From Squalus acanthias (taxonomy: Eukaryota), in assembly GCA_030390025.1 (NCBI GenBank), contig CM059437.1:18912001-18976000 (forward strand): a DNA stretch of 64,000 bases. Direction: 5' to 3'. A program made the position numbers and the translations under genes. The notes under the pieces were generated by a model, which made no database searches, was not told the DNA's origin, and saw only the letters and a program-made list of their open reading frames with translations. Numbering within the stretch: position 1 is the first letter of the stretch; each line of letters begins with the position of its first letter. Below are positions 40,502 to 50,257 of this stretch, in pieces.

Positions 40502-41149
40502 ACACCCCTTAAATCAGCTTGTGTCCAATCATCCCTTAAATCACCATCCGTCCAATCACCCCTTAAATTACCATCCGTCCAATCACCCCTTAAATCACCA
40601 TCCGTCCAATCACCCCTTAAATCACCATCCGTCCAATCACCCCTTAAATCACCATCCGTCCAATCACCCCTTAAATCACCATCCGTCCAATCACCCCTTA
40701 AATCACCATCCGTCCAATCACCCCTTAAATCACCATCCGTCCAATCACCCCTTAAATTACCATCCGTCCAATCACCCCTTAAATCACCATCCGTCCAATC
40801 ACCCCTTAAATTACCATCCGTCCAATCACCCCTTAAATCACCATCCGTCCAATCACCCCTTAAATCACCATCCGTCCAATCACCCCTTAAATCACCATCC
40901 GTCCAATCACCCCTTAAATCACCATCCGTCCAATCACCCCTTAAATTACCATCCGTCCAATCACCCCTTAAATCACCATCCGTCCAATCACCCCTTAAAT
41001 CACCATCCGTCCAATCACCCCTTAAATTACCATCCGTCCAATCACCCCTTAAATCACCATCCGTCCAATCACCCCTTAAATCACCATCCGTCCAATCACC
41101 CCTTAAATTACCATCCATCCAATCACCCCTTAAATCAGCCAGTGTCCAA
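40502..41149. repeat. 27-bp minisatellite, 24 units (TCACCCCTTAAATCACCATCCGTCCAA)
   Basis: Direct tandem periodicity; the SPLKSPSVQ nonamer recurs 24 times in ORF 40481-41176. Confidence 0.97.
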
Positions 41150-41762
41150 TTATCTCTTGGATCAGCTTGCATCTAGTCAACAACTTACGATAAGCCAACA
41201 TTCGGTCACCCCTTAGATCTGCCTACATATTATAAATGTAATTAAGTTCAAATCAACAGATTATTACTTCTATAAGAACTTAAAGTGATTTTTTTTCTCT
41301 GATCTAGTACACTTTTGCCATGTTCTCTGATGTCATATTCCTTTCAGAGAGCCAGCACAGGTGTAATAGGGAAAATGGCACCCTTCTGTGTCGTAAGATT
41401 CTTTGGGGTAGAAATTAGGTCGCGCCCCATTTGGGGCGCAAATATCGTCCGGACGCAAATATTAGCGCCTGGCGCTAATTATCGGCACTGACAGGAAACT
41501 TCACTTTTACCGCCCCGGGAGGTGAGTGGAGCGCTAAAGTAGGCGCTGCACACCTCTCTTAAGGCGCAAAGGCCAAGGAGTGAGGCGCTAACTCAGCGCA
41601 CGAGCGCAGCGCAGCTGCTGCCAGTTAGCGAGGGAACACAGACACAATGGCGCCGGACACTTCTTAAAGCGGGGGGGGGCCACTTGCTCCCCAGCCACAC
41701 CCTGCTCATTGCAGCCTTGAATCTCAGCCTGGAGAGACCTGTAATCCATTTTGCTGCCAAGC

Positions 41763-43640
41763 ATGGAGAGGGTGAGAGAACGCGCTCATCGCTTCACCGA
41801 GCGGGCCTTGGATGCTCTGGTTGACGCAGTGGAGCGCAGACGATGCATGCTGTTCCCGGAGAGTGGCAGGAGGCCTTTGCCACGCGAGTTCAGAAGAGTG
41901 TGGAGGGAGGTGGCTCAGAGCGTCTCCTCCAGGAGCATGGTGCCCAGGACCCATGTTCAATGTCGCAAAAAGTTCAACGACCTCACTCGGGTCGTCAGGG
42001 TGAGTGGCTTTTTCTCAATACCTCTCCATCCCTCCATCTCAACCTCACTCTATGGCCAGAGGGTCTTAAAACCCCAATGCACAACACTCATCCAACACCT
42101 ATAGCCCTTTCATCAAACACACACACACATTCCACACTTTGCATACAGTAAGGGCTATTCACCTATGGGAGGCACATCAGGCAAGACCATGGCTGCATAC
42201 AGTAAGGGCTATTCACCTATGGGAGGCACATCAGGCAAGACCATGGCTGCATACAGTAAGGGCTATTCACCTATGGGAGGCACATCAGGCAAGACCATGG
42301 CTGTATATTTACTCAGATGCTGTCCTTTTTCTTGCAGGCTAAGCTGGCTCATAATCGGAGACAGCAGCAACGGACGGGTGGAGGGCGGCTTCAGCTGCAA
42401 CCCCTCAGCGATCTGGAGGAGCGTGTCCACAGGATTGTGGCAAGCCGGGTGATCGGTCCCGTCGCCACTGGAGACGCCGACCCCGTTGTGGACAGCAATG
42501 GTAAGGTCATCACCTTTTTGTCCTCTGTCCTTCCACTTGTCCCTCACAATACCAGCCTTTGACACTTTCAATCCAACTTGCTAACTCGCTGCACTTATTC
42601 CTCCCTTACTGCCACCCTGTCCTCACGCTAAAGCCACTCTTGTACCTCCCTGCTTTCAGATGGTGATTCACCAGCTGAGGAGACGGGCCCTGAAGCTGCC
42701 ACTGGGAGTGATGCTGCAGCTGAGGAGGAAGAGGAAGCCGGAGCATCAGTGCCACCCTCTCCCGAGGAAGCCCATGCCCACACTGGGAACACGCCTTCCC
42801 CGGAGGGGAGCAGGGGGGAAGGGGCTGATGATGGTGAAGCTCCAGGACCCAGCAGGCTGCAGCAACGCCATGGGGGGGGGTAGGGAAGAACGGGGGCCTT
42901 CTCCCCAGAGGGAGAGTATGCCAGACACTCCTACTGCAATGGACGCAGAGGAGGAGCGGCTGATTGCAGAAATGAACTCCCAGGCGGTGGGCATGCACAC
43001 TGAGCTCATGGGTGCAGTGGGAAGGGTGCCCGATTGCATTGAGTCACTGGCAAGGAGTGTGGAGCACTTCGCTGTAGCACAGGCGGATGCCACACTAACG
43101 CTTAGTGCTGCAATTCAGTCAATGGCTGCCGTGATCCCACCTCTGACTGCTCTCATACAGACTCAGATGGAGGCCACGCGAGCACAGACTGCTGCCAACC
43201 TCGATGGTTCGTGCACATGTCCCCGGGGCTGTCACCGCGCTGCAGCAGGCCAGCAATCTGTTCTCCGGCAAATTGCTCCGGATGCTGAAGTGCTGCCCCG
43301 TGGGAGTGCCAGTGTGTCGGGCGAGCAGGGAGTTGCTGGCCTCTCTCACGATGACAGCATTCCTGCTGCCAACACTGTCACTTCTCCACTGCACTTGCCA
43401 CCACCTGTAGGACAGACTGCTGCCGCCCATGCAGAGTTGGTGTAGTCTGCAGCCGGGCCCTCCAGGCCCAGAAGTGGTCGAGGCCGTCCTTCAGGGGCAT
43501 CTGCAGTGTCAGGGTCTGACGAGCAGCAGCCTTCCACCAGCCTTGCTGCAGCCACTGAGGTCCCATTACGGAGGAGCAGTAGGGTTAGAAGGGGGGAAGT
43601 GCGCAAGGGAAGGAGATCACCCTCGAAGGGCAAAAAGTAG
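41763..43640 (+). pseudogene. Harbinger Myb/SANT-like DNA-binding protein gene, exons 41763-41999, 42338-42500 and 42660-43640; one frameshift and one in-frame stop
   Basis: MERVRERAHRFTERAL..WREVAQSVSSRSMVPRTHVQCRKKFNDL|AKLAHNRRQQQRTGGG; GT-AG introns in matching phases (0, 1); G9 run at 42872-42880 breaks the frame; TAG at 43443-43445. Confidence 0.85.
42141..42302. repeat. 54-bp tandem repeat, 3 copies, in Myb intron 1
   Basis: GCATACAGTAAGGGCTATTCACCTATGGGAGGCACATCAGGCAAGACCATGGCT, three exact copies. Confidence 0.95.
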
Positions 43641-43934
43641 GAGGTGTGCCAAAATGCTGGTCATTTTTTTATTAAAGGCCGAGGTTCATGGTCCAACTTT
43701 TGTTTAGTGTTTTGGACATTATCTCCAGGTTGTGAGAACCAGTTATGTTATTGACTGTTTTTTTGTGTTTATTTCTATGAGTTTGTCATGAGGAATTGAC
43801 ACACACAGAGTTTGTAAAATAAATAAGTTTCTGTATTCAAAATATACATGGCTGGTGATTGGAATTATTGGTGCCTTGGCCGGCTTAGGGGTTGCGTGCT
43901 GGGTTGATTAGTGTTTGTAGCAATGGCAGGGGCC

Positions 43935-45095
43935 CTAGAAGCGGCTTGCTATTAGTCGTTGACGGACGGCCCTTGCAGTTTGACCATTGTGGGCCGCCCT
44001 CCTGCCTTGGTGCTGCTGATGATCATCGTCCTCGTCCTGTTCCTCCTCTTCCTCCTCCTCCTCTGGTGGTGCTACAAGGCCTGGTGGCATTGGCTGGGTC
44101 CTGAGGATTGCCATGTTGTGCAACATGCAGCACACGACTACGAAGTTCGAAACTTGCTCAGGCGAGTACTGCAGGGCTCCTCCGGAATGGTCCAGACAGC
44201 GGAACCGTTGTTTCAGCACGCCGATTGTGCGCTCAATAATGTTCCTGGTTGCTTGATGGCTTTCATTGTACCGCAGCTCAGCAGGGGTGTTTGGCGTACG
44301 GAGCGGTGTCATCAGCCAGGTGCTCAATGCGTACCCCTTGTCCCCCAGAAGCCAACCAACTGGCTGATGCGGTGCCTCGAAAACTTCTGCCACAGTAGTC
44401 TGGCGCAGGATGAAAGCATCGTGGCAGCTGCCCGGATAGTGGGCATTGACAGCGAGTATCACCTGTCTGTGGTCACAGACCAACTGCACATTCAAGGAAT
44501 GGAACCCCTTTCTGTTCCTGAATTCCTCTGCATTCTCTCGCGGAGCACGCAAAGCCACATGCGTGCAGTCAATGGCGCCCTGCACCATGGGGAAGCCCGC
44601 TACCCTCGCAAAGCCCAGAGCATGGTCACGCTGCTTGTCTGGGGTCATAGGGAAAGAGATGAAGTCTCGTCTCCTTCTGAAGAGGGCATTGGTGACCTGC
44701 CGGATGCAGCGATGCACCGCAAACTGGGAGATATTGGTGAGGTCCCCAACAGCAGCTTGGAATGAGCCAGTGGCGTAGAAGTTCAAAGCCACTGTGACCT
44801 TCACTGCCACCGACAGAGACGTCCTGGACCTCAGCTGAGGCTGCAGATCTGGCTGCAGCAGGTGGCAGAGCTCAGTGACCACCTCCTTGCTGAATCGCAG
44901 CCTTCGCAAACACAGCTCCTCGGACATATGGATGTAGGAGAGCTGTTCACGATATACCCTGGGAGGGTAAGCTCTCCTGTACATGCGCCTGATGGCCCTC
45001 CTCCGTCTGGCCATCATTGCCACTCTCTGTCTGCGTCTCACTATCCTCCGATTCAGCTGGAGCAGGACGACGCCCCCAATCATTGCAGCCCCCAT
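43935..45095 (-). CDS. Harbinger DDE transposase (HARBI1-like nuclease family), 386 aa, intact single-exon ORF
   Basis: Motifs GAIDCTHV, RNRKGFHSLNVQLVCD, YPGSCHDAFIL, LLGDKGY, YNESH..RNIIERTIGVLKQRFRCL, CCMLHN. Confidence 0.95.
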   Translation of the reverse strand: MGAAMIGGVVLLQLNRRIVRRRQRVAMMARRRRAIRRMYRRAYPPRVYREQLSYIHMSEELCLRRLRFSKEVVTELCHLLQPDLQPQLRSRTSLSVAVKVTVALNFYATGSFQAAVGDLTNISQFAVHRCIRQVTNALFRRRRDFISFPMTPDKQRDHALGFARVAGFPMVQGAIDCTHVALRAPRENAEEFRNRKGFHSLNVQLVCDHRQVILAVNAHYPGSCHDAFILRQTTVAEVFEAPHQPVGWLLGDKGYALSTWLMTPLRTPNTPAELRYNESHQATRNIIERTIGVLKQRFRCLDHSGGALQYSPEQVSNFVVVCCMLHNMAILRTQPMPPGLVAPPEEEEEEEEQDEDDDHQQHQGRRAAHNGQTARAVRQRLIASRF

Positions 45096-46169
45096 ATTCT
45101 CTTTGCCAGAAAAGTAATGAGGTACAGCAACTAAAGTAGCAACAAAGTTAGGATGAACTAGGCAAAACTACCTCACAAAGCGTTGAGTCAATGTAGAAGT
45201 CTCTCTCTCTCTCTCTCCGAATCTCTCTCTCTCTCTCAGAACGAGTGGTGCATAAATGTCGACCACAGAAAAAGACAGGAAGAGGCCCCCTTTAAATAGC
45301 GCCCCCCCCCAGCCCCACACCGATTGATAACGTTCCAGTCTTCCGGTCGTTGGAAGCGCCAGGCGGTAAGGCAGGGGGCGCCACTCAATTTCCGCTCCGG
45401 GGCGCCCCAAGGGCGTTGCACCATGGAATGACGTCACAATCTGCGCGCGCAGGTGGTCGCAGCGGTAAGTTTTAGCGCCGCCGCACAATCTCAAGTTAAG
45501 TTCTCGAGCGGCGCAAACAGCGCTGTGCCCGGGCGTTAGCGGCTTAACGCCCCATTAGCGCCCTCTTAAGGCGCTAACGGGAGGCGCAACCAAGTGAATT
45601 TTTACCCCTTTGATTCTAACTTCACATTTCTTACTCTCCTTTTCAAAGGTTTCCTGTGTATTCCTGCACTTATTCATGTTGTTGCTCAAAGCTTGTATTT
45701 CAATGACAAGTAAGGGTTTCATAACTTGTAGGGTCAAAACACTCCAAATAATGCTTCCTAATGCCAGCAGTTTAGTTCAACACAGTAGTTATACACCTTT
45801 TAAAGGAACCGTGTTGCTGAATTTAGTGTAATTATCGATTGATCAGTTCCATGGAGTTGCAGAAAACACTGCTGTTCATTCTTGCACATCAGCAGCTTGA
45901 CTGTGTCTCCCATGTGACTGGTAACACAATGACAAGCACAATGATGAGATTATTACTGTTACACGACCAAAAAATTGAAGCATCAACTCTCTCTTCCCCA
46001 GAACATTAAATAATAAATATTTTTAAAACCAATGCACACAAGAGATAGTGCATATAATTATATTTAAAGGTCTGCTGTTTCTTTAAAGCTGACCAATTTG
46101 AAATATGATATTAATCTATCAATCAGCCATTGGATACAGTGGTGTGTATTAACTTATTGTTTGCAAGGG

Positions 46170-46894
46170 GCCATATGAAATTGGTGCTGGCAGTTCACTA
46201 TCATGACCCCATCTTGCAGCCAGTGCTACCCGCGCTATTCTTTGGCTGCATGCCTGTTTGGGGTGGCGGGAAATCAGGCTTGGCTGATGCCACCTCTTAA
46301 AGGGGAGGTGCAGTCTGGCTGCAAGCCGCAGGGCAACTTCAGTGAAACCTCACAAATGGAGAAATGGCTGCAAGACTTCTAGAGAGGCCACCCAGACTCT
46401 CAGATGCTGTGATGTGAGAGATATGAGTTAGGAGTATTACATTAGCAACCTTTCTCAGGTCATTACATTTGTGCAGCATTACAGTCAAGCCCTCGGGGCG
46501 AAGCACTTGGCGCTCACCCGCTCTGCCACCTCTGACCACCGGTGCCGGCTAGCTTGTCGCAAGAGCTTCCTCCCATTGGGTGGAAATAGCACGTACCTCC
46601 TCCTGCCAACCTCCTCCACCAAAACCCCCAAGGCAGCCTCAGAAAAGCAGTAGGCCCTTGCAGCTTCTCCTTTCCCTGCCACTTCAGTCTCTGTAAACTT
46701 GAATTCAGTTGACAACAGGCACTGTGCACCTCCCCTTCAAGAGGTGTGGGCTGCCTTTAAATGGTGTCAGGGATGCCCGTTTTTCCCACCTCCACCCATT
46801 AGGTGAGCTGCCAATCTGAATTTGGACCAATTTCACGAGTCACTTGTGCCCACGTGACTGCACACAAACACATGTTTAAACCGATTTCTACCCC
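46170..46894 (-). mobile_element. Degenerate Harbinger derivative with a Myb relic
   Basis: Right end CCGATTTCTACCCC matches the autonomous TIR; minus-strand RAYCFSEAALGVLVEEVGRRRYVLFP..WSEVAERVSAK is Myb/SANT-like; left edge approximate. Confidence 0.65.
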
Positions 46895-47195
46895 ATTATT
46901 TTTTATGTAGTCCTTTATCGATATGTACAAACGTTTTTATAAGAGCAGATCAAGTGCAAGATCAGCTGTTTTCATACACGCTGGTCAGAGACTGGAGAAT
47001 GAAGTGATCACAAAGGGATTAAGTTTATTCATTCTTCACAATAAGTATATCTTCTGCTTAAAGAAACAGTAAAAAGATTAAACAATGTGGTGTTAAATTA
47101 ATTTTATTCACTACCAATCAACCTGCAATAGAAAGAGTGGGGGAAGTTAAATTGATCAAATTCAAAGGATATGTTATTACACCCAACTGAACACT

Positions 47196-48205
47196 GTACT
47201 TCCGCAAGGATCAGTGTTGGGGCCTCAGATATTTACAATCTATATGAATGACTTAGATGAAGGGACCGAGTGCATTGTATCCAAGTTTGCTGATGATACA
47301 AAGCTAGGCGGGAAAGTAAGCTGTGAGGAGGACACAAAGAGCCTGCAAAGGGATATAGACAGTTAAGTGAGTGGGCAAGAAGGTGGCAGATGGAGTATAA
47401 TGTGGGGAAATGTGAGGTTATTCACTTTGGTAGGAAGAACAGAAAAACAGGATATTTTTTAAACGGTGAGAAACTATTAAATGTTGGTGTTCAGAGAGAT
47501 TTAGGTGTCCTCGTACAGGAAACACAGAAAGTTAGCATTCAGGTACAGCAAGCAATTAGGAATGCAAATGGCATGTTGGCCTTTATTGCAAGGGGGTTGG
47601 AGTACAAGAGTAAGGAAGTCTTGCTACAATTGTACAGGGCTTTGGTGAGACCACACCTGGAGTACTGTGCACAGTTTTGGTCTCCTTATCTGAGAAAGGA
47701 CAAACATGCCTTAGAGGCAGTGCAACGAAGGTTCTCTATATTTATCCCTGGGATGAGAGGGTTGTCCCTTAAGGAGAGATTGAGTAGAATGGGCCTGTAC
47801 TCTCTGGAGTTTAGAAGAATGAGCGGTGATCTCATTGAAACATATATGATTCTGAGGGAGATTGACAGGGTAGATGCTGAGAGGTTGTTTCCTCTGGCTG
47901 GAGAGTCTAGAACTAGGGGGCATAGTCTCAAGAGGTCAGCCATTTAAGACTGAGATGAGGAGGAATTTCTTCACTCAGAGGGTTATGAATCTTTGGAATT
48001 CTCTACCCCAAAGGGCAGTGGATGCTCAGTCGTTGAGAATAGTCAAGGCTGAGATCGATAGATTCTTGGGGAATCAAGGGATATGGAGATCGTGCGGGAA
48101 AGTGGAGTTGAGGTCGAAGATCAGCCATGATCTTATTGAATGGCAGAGCAGGCTCGAAGGGCCGTATGGCCGACTCCTGCTCCTAATTCTTATGTTCTTC
48201 TGTTC
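47196..48205 (+). mobile_element. 5'-truncated CR1 LINE
   Basis: KCEVIHFGRKN, RPHLEYCAQFWSP, RRNFFTQRV; TTCTTATG tail. Confidence 0.92.
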
Positions 48206-48942
48206 TTCCAGAGAGGTTACACTGTACAATAATGATATATATTGTTGGCGCTATTTACTCGGGAGGTAATTAATGGCTTGCACTTTGGCAGACTTTTTTC
48301 CCCATTGATTTGACTGTACCAGTGCCGGATGTACAAATCTGTTACTGCATTGTTCAATTTGTTAGATCCTGTTTGGAATTTAGCATCCGCCCCCTCTAGA
48401 ATCTACAGCAGGCAAGCTACCAACTAGTTGGAGTAGATTTTCATTTTCATTGTCTTTGGACAATCAAATTTAACATTTTGCAAGATCCTTTCAAATAGGT
48501 CAAGCAAGAAGGCTCTGAGTTTTCCTTAATTTTAAATTTAAAGGCAATAACTGTCCACCAGAGTATGTAATGCAATAATTTTAGCTGATAATATCAGTAC
48601 AGATAATTTTCAAAATAGATAAATAACAAACAGTTTGTGAGCAAAATGTACATATGTATGTAAATCAAGGTAAAAGATTTTTTTTAAATCTGCAACATGC
48701 ATTTCAGTAGTGGCAAAAAATGTTTATTTATCTCGTTATAGTGTTGCCGGTCCTCGCAGTTGCTTTAGCAATCTATAAGTTTTGCACTGTTGCCTTAATG
48801 TGCGTGATTCTCAGCAATACAAAGGAGAGAAGGATCATGTTTCTCTCTTTTTTTTCTATCTACTACAATAGTGCAAAATCAATAAGTAGTTAACTAAACC
48901 ACGAGCGTTGGCAACCTTATCTGTTATCAGTCCTTTTTGTTG

Positions 48943-48973
<31 letters not shown>

Positions 48974-48994
48974 AAGATAGAAAGAAAGAAAGAT

Positions 48995-49069
<75 letters not shown>
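48943..49069. repeat. (GAAA)n microsatellite with GATA interruptions
   Basis: Direct inspection. Confidence 0.97.
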
Positions 49070-49353
49070 GATTAATCTGGGTTCCCTTCTGTGCACTCTT
49101 GGATATTAAAAATCTTGTGGTATTACTCAAAGAACAGCAGAGAGTTCTCCCAGTATATTGGGCAATATTCCTCCTTCAAACACTATCAAAATACAACTAT
49201 AGAAGTACATAGAAGGTATACAGTAACAGGCCATTCAGCCTAACCAGTTTGTGTCGGCATTTACTCTCCATGTGAGCAAACCATCCATATCCCTTTATTC
49301 CCTTTTCCTCCATCCACCTATCCAATCTGATCCTGAATGTTGATATAAGGTAC

Positions 49354-49856
49354 AATATCAAAATACTGCGGATGCTGGAAATCTGAAATAACAACAGAAA
49401 ATGCTGGAAATACTCAGCAGGCCAGGCAGCATCCGTGGAGAGAGAAACAGAGTTATCGTTTCAGGGTCTGTGACCCTTCGTCAGAACTGGAAAAAGTTAG
49501 AGATGTAATAGGTTTTAAGCAGGTGCAGAGGCAGGGAAGGGGGGGGAGGGGAGGAAGGAACAAAAGGGACGGTCTGTGATAGGATGGAAGGCAGGAGAGA
49601 TTAAATGTTGCAACTGGGGATGGCAGAATAATCACCAGTTGCTGCCTGAAAAAATAGGGGCAGGGGTTACAGTCTGAAATTGTTGAACTCAATGTTGAGT
49701 CCAGAAGGCTCTAAAGTGTCTAATCGAAAGATTTGAGGTGCTGTTACTCGAGCTTACGTTGAGCTTCATTGGAACAGTGTAAGAGGCCGAGGACAGAGAG
49801 ATTAGAGTGGGAGTGAAGCGGAGAATTAAAGTGACAAGCGACCGGAAGCTCAGGAG
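49354..49856 (-). mobile_element. Penelope-like element 3' portion with a hammerhead motif
   Basis: Minus-strand GIY-YIG C-terminal remnant (HFNS..HS..LSVLGL..GLNIEF) and terminal repeat containing CTGACGA..GAAA. Confidence 0.7.
49451..49488 (-). ncRNA. Minimal type-I hammerhead ribozyme motif (cleavage triplet mutated)
   Basis: AGTT-CTGACGA-AGGGTC-ACA-GACCCT-GAAA-CG-AT-AACT: perfect 6-bp stem II and 4-bp stem I. Confidence 0.6.
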
Positions 49857-50257
49857 GTGAGACACCCACCGCAGAATACCTAGCCTCTGACCTGCTCTTG
49901 TTGCCACAGTATTTATGTGGCTGGTCCAGGTATGTTTCTGGTCAATGGTGACCCCCAGGATGTTGATGGTGGGGGATTCGTTGAATGTCATGGGGCAGTG
50001 GTTAGACTCTCGCTTGTTGGAGATAGTCATTAACTGGCACTTGTGTGGCGCTGCCACTTATCAGCCCAAGCTTGAATGTTGTCCAGGTCTTGTTGCATGC
50101 GGGCATGGACTGCTTCATTATCTGAGGAGTTGCGAATGGCACTGAACACTGTGCAGTCATCAGCGAACATCCCCATTTTTGACCTTATGATGGAGGGTAG
50201 GTCATTGATGAAGCAGCTGAAGATGGTTGGGCCTAGGACACTGCCATGAGGAACTCC

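Larger units (their letters stand above)
41405..45608. mobile_element. Full-length PIF/Harbinger DNA transposon
   Basis: TIRs GGGGTAGAAATT / AATTTTTACCCC; TTT TSD (41402-41404, 45609-45611); encodes a transposase and a Myb/SANT gene. Confidence 0.95.

Noticed and set aside
40502..41149. CRISPR-like array
   Set aside because: The units are contiguous with no unique spacers, there are no cas genes, and the context is eukaryotic.
40481..41216. Three ORFs of 227-240 aa (SPLKSPSVQ, NHPLNHHPS and GDWTDGDLR repeats)
   Set aside because: They are by-products of a stop-free 27-bp minisatellite and have no unique flanking coding sequence.
43959..44765. 268-aa plus-strand ORF
   Set aside because: Antisense shadow of the transposase ORF with no recognisable domain.
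43935..45095. Domesticated host HARBI1 gene
   Set aside because: The ORF lies inside TIRs and a TSD, with a Myb partner and a derived MITE, so it is a transposon copy.
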